Below are positions 26,057-35,260 of a stretch of DNA of 64,000 nucleotides, piece after piece. The notes below the pieces were generated by a model. The model was not told where the DNA came from, searched no databases, and was given only the letters and a program-made list of their open reading frames with translations. Numbering within the stretch: the first letter of the stretch is position 1; every line of letters starts with the position of its first letter. The DNA lies in the NCBI GenBank assembly GCA_016212665.1, contig JACREZ010000033.1, positions 7,533 to 71,532 on the forward strand, in the 5' to 3' direction. The DNA is from Ignavibacteriota bacterium. GTDB lineage: Bacteria > Bacteroidota > Ignavibacteria > UBA10030 > SZUA-254. Both the position numbers and the translations under genes were made by a program.

Positions 26057-27020
26057 GTTTTTGTAATTCTACTACTACTTTTTTTGCGCTCGGAAGAAAT
26101 GCTTCTTCAAGCGTCGGCGCGTATGGAACGGGCGTATCGAGTGATGCAACGCGACGTATCGGCGCATCAAGAAATTCAAACGCGTGTTCCGTTATCATGG
26201 CGGAAATTTCTCCACCGATACCGCCGGTCAATGTGTCTTCATGAACGATTAACACTTTTCCTGTTTTCTTTACTGAACGCAAAATCGCTTCTTTATCAAG
26301 AGGCATTAATGAACGTAAGTCAACAACCTCGACTTCGATACCTTCTTTTGCCATTGTCTCTGCGGCTGATAAACTCCAATGAACGCCGTTGTGATAGGTT
26401 ATGACAGTGATATCTGCTCCTTCACGTTTGATGTCCGCTTTTCCGATTGGGACAATGTAATCATCATCAGGCACTTCGCCTTTGATATGGCGATACAAAT
26501 ATTTATGCTCGAAGTACAACACAGGATTGTTATCACGTATCGCCGCTTTCAGAAGTCCCTTTGCATCATACGGAGTTGATGGGGCAACAAGTTTCAAACC
26601 CGGAACATGAAAGAACCACGCTTCAGGATTAATCGAATGAAACGGGCCGCCATGAATTCCACCGCCGGATGGAAGTCGTACAACCATCGGAATCGGCGTG
26701 AAATTTCTGTAATGATACTTTGCCGAAATGTTTACAAGTTGATTGAATCCGTTCGATACAAAATCAGAAAATTGCATTTCGGCAACGGGTCTCATTCCCA
26801 CAAGAGCCGCGCCGCTTGCCGCTCCGAGAATTGCCGCTTCACCAAGCACAGTATCAAGCACCCGCTCTTCTCCGAACTCTTCAACAAATCCTTTTGTAAC
26901 TTTGAACGCACCGCCGTACGCGCCAATATCTTCGCCAAGCAGAAAGACAGAATTGTCTCGTCTCATTTCTTCGCGGAGACCTTCGGAGATTGCTTCAATG
27001 TAGGTTAATGTTTTGTTCAT
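26043..27020 (-). CDS. 2-oxoacid dehydrogenase E1 component, beta subunit
   Basis: 325 aa. ...LGEDIGAYGGAFKVTKGF...RVLDTVLGEAAILGAA... is the transketolase-like pyrimidine-binding and C-terminal domain layout. Confidence 0.9.
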   Translation of the reverse strand: MNKTLTYIEAISEGLREEMRRDNSVFLLGEDIGAYGGAFKVTKGFVEEFGEERVLDTVLGEAAILGAASGAALVGMRPVAEMQFSDFVSNGFNQLVNISAKYHYRNFTPIPMVVRLPSGGGIHGGPFHSINPEAWFFHVPGLKLVAPSTPYDAKGLLKAAIRDNNPVLYFEHKYLYRHIKGEVPDDDYIVPIGKADIKREGADITVITYHNGVHWSLSAAETMAKEGIEVEVVDLRSLMPLDKEAILRSVKKTGKVLIVHEDTLTGGIGGEISAMITEHAFEFLDAPIRRVASLDTPVPYAPTLEEAFLPSAKKVVVELQKLAAY

Positions 27021-27113
27021 TGGTTGACTGTTGTCGGTTCGTGGTTGCAGGTTTGCGGTTTGAAAAAACTACCAATGACAAATGACCAATGACTATTGAC
27101 TAATGACAATTTG

Positions 27114-28103
27114 TTAATCAGCATAAACTCCTTGAGTAACTTCTTCAGATGAAGGATATGAACTTGCTTCCGCTTCCTTCAATGCAGTTTCAATTTCTAA
27201 TTGAATTTTTACTTGAATTTCTTTTAATGATTTTTCCGTGACGACTTTTTCTTTCAGAAGTTTCTTTTCAAATTGTTCGACTGGGTCTTTCTTCTTCCAT
27301 TCTTCATGCAATTGTTTCGGAACGTACCACGCGTTATCATGGGCAGCATGTCCGTGCATTCTCATCGTGACAGATTCGATTATTGTCGGACCCTCACCCT
27401 TGCGCCCTCGCTCCACTGCATCCTTGCAAACATCATAAACTGCCAAGACGTCTGTCCCATCAACCGTTAGACCGGGAATCCCGTAGCCAATCGCCCTGTC
27501 AGATAATTTCTTAACAATAAATTGTTTTGCGATTGGTGTCGAGTAAGCATATTGATTGTTTTCGATAATCAACACAAGCGGAAGTTTCATCACTGATGCC
27601 ATCATCAATGCTTCATGAACTTCACCGACGCTTGAACCTCCGTCGCCGATGTACGTCATCGCAACAGCATTTTCTTTTCGCATCTTGCTTGCCAACGCCG
27701 CTCCGCACGCAACCGGAACCATCGCGCCGAGATTGCTGATGTTTCCATAGATTTTCAAACTTGGGTCTGAATAATGTCCTGTTCCATCACGCCCGCGAGT
27801 TAAACTGTTCGCTCGTCCAAGATGTTGTAAGAACATGTTGAGAACGGTTTGACCTTTGACAAAATGCGCTCCGATATCGCGATGCATCGGAAATAGATAG
27901 TCGTGTTTCTCCAACGCAAACGCACTACCGACAGCCGTCGCTTCGTTTCCATTTCCGGAATACGCACCGCCAACAATCTTTCCCTGATGATAGAGACGAA
28001 GAATTGTATCCTCAAACTCGCGCATAAGGCGCATGAAAAAGTAAAGTTGATGTTTATGTTCTGAAGTCAATTGAATATTTTTCTTGCCGTGTTGTTGAGT
28101 CAT
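27114..28103 (-). CDS. 2-oxoacid dehydrogenase E1 component, alpha subunit (TPP-dependent)
   Basis: 329 aa. ...YIGDGGSSVGEVHEALMMASVMKLPLVLIIENNQYAYSTP is the TPP-binding motif. Confidence 0.9.
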   Translation of the reverse strand: MTQQHGKKNIQLTSEHKHQLYFFMRLMREFEDTILRLYHQGKIVGGAYSGNGNEATAVGSAFALEKHDYLFPMHRDIGAHFVKGQTVLNMFLQHLGRANSLTRGRDGTGHYSDPSLKIYGNISNLGAMVPVACGAALASKMRKENAVAMTYIGDGGSSVGEVHEALMMASVMKLPLVLIIENNQYAYSTPIAKQFIVKKLSDRAIGYGIPGLTVDGTDVLAVYDVCKDAVERGRKGEGPTIIESVTMRMHGHAAHDNAWYVPKQLHEEWKKKDPVEQFEKKLLKEKVVTEKSLKEIQVKIQLEIETALKEAEASSYPSSEEVTQGVYAD

Positions 28104-28148
28104 GACAACGAGAGTTTCTTTATAGATGTATTAACACAAATCAATATC

Positions 28149-28550
28149 TCAACTCATCATCTTGATGAATCGTTCAGCCGTTTTAAAAATCACTTTGAGA
28201 ACATTTACATCATAAATCAAACCACGATAGTATCCGGCAATATGAAGCTCATCATAGAGTTTGTCAAAATCTGAAAGCAATCTACCGTTATGAATTGATG
28301 CGTAGCGAAATAAAACATCTCGATATGATTCAACGGAACGAGGTAGTTCTTTTTTTCCTACTCCCCTTCGGTCTAAATAACTATCTATCGCTTTGAGAAC
28401 AGCCAAGTAAGCTGTTCCACAGGCTTCTCGAACATACTTAATATCTATGTAGGTATCGTTTTTAATTTCCGATTTATTCAGTAACTCCTTTGCATTTTGT
28501 AAATACCCCAAAGCATCCTTGTCACGCAAAGTGGTTTTAGTTTTTTTCAT
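28149..28550 (-). CDS. small helical accessory protein (DUF5618-like, tentative)
   Basis: 133 aa, wedged between two E1 genes. ...KYVREACGTAYLAVLKAIDSYL...LHIAGYYRG... recalls the DUF5618 pattern. Memory-based call. Confidence 0.4.
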   Translation of the reverse strand: MKKTKTTLRDKDALGYLQNAKELLNKSEIKNDTYIDIKYVREACGTAYLAVLKAIDSYLDRRGVGKKELPRSVESYRDVLFRYASIHNGRLLSDFDKLYDELHIAGYYRGLIYDVNVLKVIFKTAERFIKMMS

Positions 28551-28572
28551 AGAATTTCCAATATGTTTTGAT

Positions 28573-30663
28573 TTAATAAACTGCTAACTCTTCCAACGCT
28601 TTCACAATATCCGAAGTCTGTGGCAACATCACATTCTCAAGTGTCGGCGAATACGGAACCGGTGAATCTTTTGCCGCGACGCGCTTGATTGGCGCATCGA
28701 GCCTGGTAAAACATTGTTCAGAAATCAAAGCGGCAATCTCAGCACCGAAACCACTCGTTAGAGTATCTTCATGAGCAATTAAAACCTTTCCGGTTTTCTT
28801 TACGGTAGCAAAAATAGTTTCTTCATCTAATGGATTGAGTGTTCGTAAATCAATTACTTCGACACTTGTTCCATTCTCTTCAAGTTTTCTTGCTGCTTCA
28901 AGGGAACGCTGAACCAACATTCCCCACGTGATAATCGAAATATCACTCCCCTGCTTCACGACTTTTGCTTTTCCGAAAGGCAAACAAAAATCCGAATCAG
29001 GTTCCGGTGAAGTTGCAAAACTTGCGCGGTACAATCCTTTGTGTTCACAGAAAATTACCGGGTCATCAGAACGACACGCGGTTTTCAAAAGTCCTTTTGC
29101 ATCGGCGGCGTTGGATGGATAGACAACACGTAATCCGGGAATATGTGTGAAAAATCCGTCAATGCTTTGGCTGTGGTACAATCCGCCATGAATGTAACCG
29201 CCAACTGCGACTCGAACGACCATCGGACACGACCATTCATTAAAAGAACGGAAACGAAGCACAGCAACTTCTCCGCGCAGTTGCATGAACGAGGGCCAAA
29301 TATAATCGCCGAATTGAATTTCGACTACGGGTTTGAAACCGCGCACCGAAAGTCCGAACGCCGTTCCAATGATGCTCGCTTCCGCAAGCGGAGAATTGAA
29401 CACACGTCCCCATCCGAATTTTTTCGTCAACCCTTTCGTAGCGGTGAACACGCCGCCTTTCTCACCGGCGACGTCTTCACCATAAATCAACATCTTGGGA
29501 TTACGTTCCATCTCTTCCGCCATCGCATGATTGATTGCATCAACCATGACAATCTTCTCTCCAGAATGTTCACGTTCCACAAATCCATCTTTTGGAACGC
29601 CGGCATTCGGTGAGTAAACATAGTTCAAAAGATTACTTGCTTCTTGCTGGGATTCTGCTTCCGCTTCATCAGCCGCTTTATCAATTCTTGCAAGAATTTC
29701 TTCTTGAATTTGTTTGAGTTCCGATTCACTCAAAACTTTCTGTTCGAGCAAATATTTTTCAAATCTCGGTAACGGGTCAAGTTTCTTATCTCGTTCGAGG
29801 TCAGCTTCCGAACGATACTTTCGCTGGTCATCCGACGAAGAATGAGGAAGCAATCGAACAGTGTGAGCCAGAATCAAACTCGGTCCTTCGCCTCTCCGGG
29901 CTTTCGCAACGGCATCAGAAGCGGCTTCAAAGGATGCAAGAAAATCACAGCCGTCAACTTCATAACGATTCAATCCTTGGTAACCGCTTGCGAGATGAAA
30001 CACGGAATCAGCAGCGGTTTGTTCTTGCTTCGTTACAGAGATAGCAAACTTGTTATCCTGAATTAAAAATATGACTGGGAGTTTCGCACGTGCCGCCCAA
30101 TTAAGCGCTTCATGAAACTCACCTTGACTTGTCGTTCCTTCACCTGCAGAAACATACACAACCTCATCGTTCCCTTCCATCACTGCCCCCATCGCTGTTC
30201 CAACCGCTTGTAAAAATTGTGTTCCGGTTGAACTTGATTGAGAAACGATGCGCCACTTCTTTTGTCCCCAATGAAACGGCATGGCAAATCCCGCGCTGCT
30301 CGGACCGTTCGCTCGATGCATCGCTTCAAGCATCACTTCTTCAACTGTGTAGCCGAATCCTAATGAAAACGCCATGTCGCGATAATATGGATACGCCCAA
30401 TCGTAACCGGGCTTCATGGCAAATGCGGTCGCAACCTGTGCGGCTTCATGCCCCGAACCACCAATATGGAAAAAGATTTTTCCCTGACGAAGAAGCACGA
30501 GAATCTTGTCATCCGTCTTTCGAGCAGTGTACATCATGCGATATGCTTCAATCAATCTCTCGTTTGAGAGTAATGACTTTGCGTTCACCGACGACATGAC
30601 TTGCGCCTGTCCGTTATGTTTCTTTTTCTTAGAAATTTCTTTTACAACCGTTGATGACATCAA
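28573..30663 (-). CDS. fused E1 alpha/beta 2-oxoacid dehydrogenase component
   Basis: 696 aa. The N-terminal half has the TPP motif (SAGEGTTSQGEFHEALNWAARAKLPVIFLIQDNKFAIS). The C-terminal half is E1-beta-like (YGEDVAGEKGGVFTATKGL...NSPLAEASIIG). 4-nt overlap with lipB. Confidence 0.85.
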   Translation of the reverse strand: MMSSTVVKEISKKKKHNGQAQVMSSVNAKSLLSNERLIEAYRMMYTARKTDDKILVLLRQGKIFFHIGGSGHEAAQVATAFAMKPGYDWAYPYYRDMAFSLGFGYTVEEVMLEAMHRANGPSSAGFAMPFHWGQKKWRIVSQSSSTGTQFLQAVGTAMGAVMEGNDEVVYVSAGEGTTSQGEFHEALNWAARAKLPVIFLIQDNKFAISVTKQEQTAADSVFHLASGYQGLNRYEVDGCDFLASFEAASDAVAKARRGEGPSLILAHTVRLLPHSSSDDQRKYRSEADLERDKKLDPLPRFEKYLLEQKVLSESELKQIQEEILARIDKAADEAEAESQQEASNLLNYVYSPNAGVPKDGFVEREHSGEKIVMVDAINHAMAEEMERNPKMLIYGEDVAGEKGGVFTATKGLTKKFGWGRVFNSPLAEASIIGTAFGLSVRGFKPVVEIQFGDYIWPSFMQLRGEVAVLRFRSFNEWSCPMVVRVAVGGYIHGGLYHSQSIDGFFTHIPGLRVVYPSNAADAKGLLKTACRSDDPVIFCEHKGLYRASFATSPEPDSDFCLPFGKAKVVKQGSDISIITWGMLVQRSLEAARKLEENGTSVEVIDLRTLNPLDEETIFATVKKTGKVLIAHEDTLTSGFGAEIAALISEQCFTRLDAPIKRVAAKDSPVPYSPTLENVMLPQTSDIVKALEELAVY

Positions 30664-31367
30664 ATACTTTCTTGAAGAACATGTTCCTTTTTGATTTTTT
30701 CAAACAAATTTTCCCTGCTAACATTTTCCACACGAACATTAAATACTTTTCCAACATGATGAACAATCTTACTCGAAACTTCTTCCATCGGAACAGTTGT
30801 TCCAAGCAAGCGTTCCATCGAAGTAACTCCTTTGTGAAAAATTCCGCACGGAATTATTCTATCAAAGTACGATACATCAGTATTGACATTCAGAGCAAAA
30901 CCGTGCATCGTTACCCAACGACTCACCTTTACACCAATCGCTGCAATCTTATCATTTCCAACCCAAACGCCGGTGTACTTGTCGTCTCGCGTTGCTGAAA
31001 TCCCAAATTCAGAAAGTGTTCGAACGATAACTTCTTCGATTTCCCTGAGATAACGATGAATATCGTTGTAGTAATTATTCAAATCAAGAATAGGATAACC
31101 GACAAGTTGTCCGGGTCCATGATACGTTACATCTCCCCCGCGATCTATCTCGAACACATCAATGTTGTTTGCTTTTAATTCTTCGCTCTTTGCTAACAGA
31201 TGATTTTCATCGCTTGATTTGCCAAGCGTAAAAACATGATGATGCTCAGTCAAAAGCAGAACATCATCAATTTCATTCTTCGTCCGAAGTTCAAACAGGC
31301 GTTTCTGTAAATCCCATGTTGACTTGTACGAAGTTAATCCCAAAGAAAGAAAAGAAATTTTTTCCAT
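30660..31367 (-). CDS. lipB: lipoyl(octanoyl) transferase
   Basis: 235 aa. ...LLLTEHHHVFTLG...DRGGDVTYHGPGQLVGYPILDL...KIAAIGVKVSRWVTMHGFALNV. Confidence 0.9.
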   Translation of the reverse strand: MEKISFLSLGLTSYKSTWDLQKRLFELRTKNEIDDVLLLTEHHHVFTLGKSSDENHLLAKSEELKANNIDVFEIDRGGDVTYHGPGQLVGYPILDLNNYYNDIHRYLREIEEVIVRTLSEFGISATRDDKYTGVWVGNDKIAAIGVKVSRWVTMHGFALNVNTDVSYFDRIIPCGIFHKGVTSMERLLGTTVPMEEVSSKIVHHVGKVFNVRVENVSRENLFEKIKKEHVLQESI

Positions 31368-31585
31368 CAGGAATAAACCGGTACTGTTATATATTCGGTA
31401 GTTTGTTTAGTTTGTAACTTCTTTAAAATACTATCAGCCACTGAACTTGAGAAAACTCTTTCACCACATACTTCACATTCAAAGTAATTAAGATTTTTCA
31501 CTACGACTAATTTCCCTTGATGATGAAATTCCGCCTCACCCCTAATGACATCTTTCATCATATTATTGCAGACTAAACATTTCAT
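31367..31585 (-). CDS. YgiT/MqsA-type zinc-finger protein (putative antitoxin)
   Basis: 72 aa. CxxC (CLVC) ... CxxC (CEVC). 4-nt overlap with the upstream DUF4258-like gene. Confidence 0.6.
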   Translation of the reverse strand: MKCLVCNNMMKDVIRGEAEFHHQGKLVVVKNLNYFECEVCGERVFSSSVADSILKKLQTKQTTEYITVPVYS

Positions 31586-31884
31586 CTTACTTTCCTATAT
31601 TGATTTTCAATCCATTCTTCTTCTGACGGTACATATGTTGTAACAACCCAAACAGGGTTAGAATATGAGACCAAAACATGCAACGGTCGTTCCTCTTTAG
31701 TTGTTCCAAAAATCAAACATGAAGGTCCATATTTATCATTTGGATATTCTTCGATGATGACTCCATTATTGATCACTTCTGACACTTCATTTTTTGAAAT
31801 TGCTCTTTCAAGCATTTTTTGCATTGCGTGTTGCGTTAAATAGAATTCAGAAACGATGGAATCACGTATGAAGTCAATATTCAT
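31582..31884 (-). CDS. DUF4258-family protein (putative toxin)
   Basis: 100 aa. ...LTQHAMQKMLERAISKNEVSEVINNGVIIEEYPNDKYGPSCLIFG...PLHVLVS matches the DUF4258 pattern. Confidence 0.65.
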   Translation of the reverse strand: MNIDFIRDSIVSEFYLTQHAMQKMLERAISKNEVSEVINNGVIIEEYPNDKYGPSCLIFGTTKEERPLHVLVSYSNPVWVVTTYVPSEEEWIENQYRKVR

Positions 31885-31898
31885 CCTAATGTATCACA

Positions 31899-31982
31899 AA
31901 TCCAAAATTGGCAATCCGCAATCCGAAATTATAAGTGAATCGCGTGTCCGTACGCATCTTCCGCCGCTTCCATAATTGCTTC
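31899..31982. repeat. 84-nt direct repeat, copy 1 (orphan copy of the lpdA 3' end plus downstream filler)
   Basis: 79 of 84 positions identical to 32596-32679, aligned by hand without gaps. Confidence 0.9.
31929..31982 (-). pseudogene. orphan 3' fragment of lpdA (last 17 codons plus stop)
   Basis: The minus strand encodes EAIMEAAEDAYGHAIHL*, identical in protein to the true lpdA C-terminus with two synonymous differences. An in-frame stop lies 6 codons upstream. Confidence 0.8.
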
Positions 31983-32059
31983 TCTAAATTCCACGTTTCT
32001 TCATAATTAGCACAACCAATGTTAAGTGTTTTGAGAGATTCCATGTTTCAAAACAGCGG

Positions 32060-32272
32060 CTAATTACCAATTACTTCAAATTTGTGTAATACCTTAAAGT
32101 AACGTGTAGATTTTTTCAATCCATTCTTTGACCGCTTTACAATATTTTTTTGAACAAATTCGATATCTGAGCCTTCTTTCACAGAATCAAGTATTTCAGG
32201 ATGATGAACAACCTCTCTGAGAAAATCAAATGTTAAACTGATATTATGATGAACTAATTCTTTGTTTGTCAT
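32060..32272 (-). CDS. small hypothetical protein (DUF5647-like, tentative), cassette gene 2
   Basis: 70 aa. 4-nt overlap with the upstream gene. Family name is a weak memory-based guess. Confidence 0.4.
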   Translation of the reverse strand: MTNKELVHHNISLTFDFLREVVHHPEILDSVKEGSDIEFVQKNIVKRSKNGLKKSTRYFKVLHKFEVIGN

Positions 32273-32589
32273 TTTCGTACCCTTTTAAAATATCTTTGTT
32301 TGTACCATTCCCATCGGTCTTTTAGTTCTTGTTCAGCATATGATAAACCATCATCGAGTTTTTCAATTGCAATTGCTTGTTTTTCTTGTTCGCCATTCGG
32401 CAACATTATATCTCTATGAAAGAACCCATGAGTACAATCGTAACGGACGATTGGAATCCACGTTGGGTTTGAATATGTTTCGTATTGAACTAAGAGGTCA
32501 ACGACCTTTCCTTTTTCAACAACGATTTTTATTCTTAATCTTTCTTTAAATTCTCTGTCTAAGTATTTAAAGAATTCCTTTTTTTTCAT
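32269..32589 (-). CDS. small hypothetical protein (TumE/DUF6516-like, tentative), cassette gene 1
   Basis: 106 aa. ...IVRYDCTHGFFHRDIMLPNG... resembles the RYD..HG..H.H core of DUF6516-type toxins. Weak. Confidence 0.4.
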   Translation of the reverse strand: MKKKEFFKYLDREFKERLRIKIVVEKGKVVDLLVQYETYSNPTWIPIVRYDCTHGFFHRDIMLPNGEQEKQAIAIEKLDDGLSYAEQELKDRWEWYKQRYFKRVRK

Positions 32590-32595
32590 TACATC

Positions 32596-32679
32596 AATCC
32601 GAAATCGGCAATCCGCAAACCGAAATTACAAGTGAATCGCGTGTCCGTACGCATCTTCCGCCGCTTCCATGATTGCTTC
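32596..32679. repeat. 84-nt direct repeat, copy 2 (overlaps the functional lpdA 3' end)
   Basis: See copy 1. Covers 30 nt downstream of the lpdA stop plus the last 54 nt of lpdA. Confidence 0.9.
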
Positions 32680-34020
32680 AGAAAGTGTCGGATGTGCGTG
32701 AATCGTTCCGGCGATCGTTCCCGAAATTGCTTCAAGAGATTTCGCAACACCAAGTTCTGCAATCATCTCCGTTGCTTCAGCGCCGAGAATATGCGCTCCA
32801 AGAAGTTCACCATACTTTGCATCAAAAATCAATTTCACTAAACCATCAGTCTCACCAATTGCTCTCGCTTTTCCGCTCGCTGTGAAAGGAAATCGTCCAA
32901 CTTTCAATTGATAACCTTCAGCAAGCGCTTTCTCTTCCGTCAATCCTATACTTGCAACCTGCGGCTGACAATAGGTACAACCGGGGATATTCGTGTAATC
33001 AATTGGTTGTGGATTTTTTCCGGCAATCGCTTCGATGCAAATAATTCCTTCACGCGAAGCAACGTGCGCAAGCCACGGTGCGCCCGCCACATCTCCGATT
33101 GCATACACACCTTCAACATTTGTTCGACTGAAATCATCAACCTGAATCCAACTCTTTTCAACTTTCACTCCGAGCGATTCAAGTCCCATATTCTCGACAT
33201 TCCCCTGAACACCAATTGCCATCAAAGCGACATCTGCCTTGACTTCTTTCTTAGAGTCTTTTGTTTGAACTGTTACACTGACATCGTTTCCAACCTTAAC
33301 GCTTTCTACTTTTGCTTCTGTTAAAATTTCAATTCCCTGTTTCTTGAAATTACTCGCGAGCAGTTTCGTCAATTCTTTATCTTCGATTGGAAGAATGTTC
33401 GGCAACATTTCCACGATCGTCACTTTTGTACCAAACGAATTGTAAAGATAACCAAACTCAACGCCGATTGCACCTGCCCCAATGACAATCAAACTCTTCG
33501 GAACTTCCTGAAGCAGCATCGCCTCAGTACTTGAGATGATTTTCTTTCCATCAAATGTTACTCCGGGAATACTTCTCGGTCTTGCACCTGTTGCAATGAT
33601 AATATGCTTCGCGGAAACTTCTTCAACCGGTTTTCCTTCTTTCCGAACTTCGACTTTTCTTCTTCCGGTGATAAATCCGAAACCGGAGATATGTTCAACT
33701 TTATTTTTCTTGAAAAGATATTCGACTCCTTTCGAATTCTTCAGAGCAACATCTCGGCTTCGTTTGACAATCTTTCCGAAATCGAACGATAAATCCTTAT
33801 AGGAGATTCCCCATTCATCGGCATGTTTAATTTGATTGTAAATATCCGCGTTCTTGAGAAGGGCTTTCGTGGGAATGCATCCCCAATTGAGACAAACGCC
33901 GCCTAACTTGTCACGCTCAACGACGGCAGTTTTGAAACCGAGTTGTGCCGCCCGAATTGCGGCGACATATCCACCCGGACCCCCTCCAATAATCAGAACA
34001 TCAAACTCTTTTTTAGTCAC
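32626..34020 (-). CDS. lpdA: dihydrolipoyl dehydrogenase (E3)
   Basis: 464 aa. IIGGGPGGYVAAIRAAQLG, redox-active CLNWGCIPTK, C-terminal HAHPTLSE. Confidence 0.95.
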   Translation of the reverse strand: MTKKEFDVLIIGGGPGGYVAAIRAAQLGFKTAVVERDKLGGVCLNWGCIPTKALLKNADIYNQIKHADEWGISYKDLSFDFGKIVKRSRDVALKNSKGVEYLFKKNKVEHISGFGFITGRRKVEVRKEGKPVEEVSAKHIIIATGARPRSIPGVTFDGKKIISSTEAMLLQEVPKSLIVIGAGAIGVEFGYLYNSFGTKVTIVEMLPNILPIEDKELTKLLASNFKKQGIEILTEAKVESVKVGNDVSVTVQTKDSKKEVKADVALMAIGVQGNVENMGLESLGVKVEKSWIQVDDFSRTNVEGVYAIGDVAGAPWLAHVASREGIICIEAIAGKNPQPIDYTNIPGCTYCQPQVASIGLTEEKALAEGYQLKVGRFPFTASGKARAIGETDGLVKLIFDAKYGELLGAHILGAEATEMIAELGVAKSLEAISGTIAGTIHAHPTLSEAIMEAAEDAYGHAIHL

Positions 34021-34125
34021 TATGATACTTTCAAAAATGGGTAAAACGCTGGAAAACTATGCGATTTTATCATGTAGGCGTGAAAAATATAGGAAAAATT
34101 GAGGGGAATAACAAGGTAGATTTTC

Positions 34126-34145
34126 GATTGACGATTTACGATTGA
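34126..34145. repeat. left arm of the 20-bp perfect inverted repeat flanking msrPQ
   Basis: GATTGACGATTTACGATTGA. Its exact reverse complement is at 35976-35995. Confidence 0.9.
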
Positions 34146-34291
34146 AGATTTATTCTTTGACGTTCATTTCACAAAATCATAATGAAACTGGAAACAGAAA
34201 ACAGGTAACTGGAAACTAAAGATTGTTGGGAACATTTATTATCTTCTGTCTGTTAGCCTGTTGTCATTTTATCAACTATCAGAGTTCTTTT

Positions 34292-35245
34292 ATGTTAATC
34301 AAACATACCGATGACATCAAGTCATCAGAAATTACACCCGAACAACTTTATCTTAACAGAAGAAAATTTATTGCTTCTGCTTCTGCGGCAACCGTTGGAT
34401 TGGTCGCCGGTACAATCCTCCCATCTTCAATAGCACTTGCTAAACCCGGCGACGACTTCAAACCAAAAAATCCGAGCAAGTACAACACGACCGAAGAATT
34501 GACTCCCTACAAAGATGTTACCACGTACAACAATTTTTATGAGTTCGGAGTTGATAAGGAAAACCCTTCCGAGAATGCACACACCCTTAAACCAAAACCG
34601 TGGACTGTTTCTGTCGAAGGCGAAGTGAAAAAGCCGGCAAAGTATAATCTTGAAGACTTGATGAAAGGATTGACATTAGAAGACAGAATCTATCGGTTGC
34701 GTTGTGTCGAAGCGTGGTCAATGATAATTCCTTGGCTTGGTTTTCCTTTGCGTGATTTGATAAAGCGGTTGGAGCCAACTTCAAAAGCAAAGTACGTAGC
34801 ATTTGAAACATTGTACGCTCCCGAACAAATGCCCGGACAAAATCGAAGCGTTCTCAAGTGGCCCTACGTTGAAGGACTCCGCATGGATGAAGCAATGAAT
34901 CCATTGACAATTCTTGCAACAGGTTTGTACGGGAAGCAACTTCCGAATCAAAATGGCGCGCCATTGCGACTTGTCGTTCCTTGGAAATACGGATTTAAAA
35001 GCATCAAATCAATTGTGAAGATTAAATTTGTTGAATCTCAGCCACCAACATCGTGGAACATTTCAGCGCCAAGTGAATACGGCTTTTACTCGAACGTTAA
35101 TCCGGAAGTTGACCATCCGCGATGGAGTCAGTCGAAGGAACGACGTATTGGAGAATTTTTCAAACAAAAAACTCTCATGTTCAATGGATACGCTGACCAA
35201 GTTGCAAGCATGTACAGCGGAATGGATTTGAAGAAAAATTTCTGA
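34292..35245 (+). CDS. msrP: protein-methionine-sulfoxide reductase catalytic subunit MsrP (YedY-like molybdoenzyme)
   Basis: The track ORF starts at 34223. The ATG at 34292 gives MLIKH...[18 protein letters not shown] (Tat-like signal). ...YNNFYEFG...[19 protein letters not shown]...[14 protein letters not shown]. Confidence 0.9.
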   Translation: MLIKHTDDIKSSEITPEQLYLNRRKFIASASAATVGLVAGTILPSSIALAKPGDDFKPKNPSKYNTTEELTPYKDVTTYNNFYEFGVDKENPSENAHTLKPKPWTVSVEGEVKKPAKYNLEDLMKGLTLEDRIYRLRCVEAWSMIIPWLGFPLRDLIKRLEPTSKAKYVAFETLYAPEQMPGQNRSVLKWPYVEGLRMDEAMNPLTILATGLYGKQLPNQNGAPLRLVVPWKYGFKSIKSIVKIKFVESQPPTSWNISAPSEYGFYSNVNPEVDHPRWSQSKERRIGEFFKQKTLMFNGYADQVASMYSGMDLKKNF

Positions 35246-35260
35246 TTGCTGAATTTGAAA

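Noticed and set aside
16337-34020. The long co-directional minus-strand block as a prophage or genomic island
   Set aside because: The backbone genes (polA, lipA, lipB, E1/E2/E3) are core metabolism. I saw no integrase, transposase, capsid or terminase genes. Only the small inserted cassettes look accessory.
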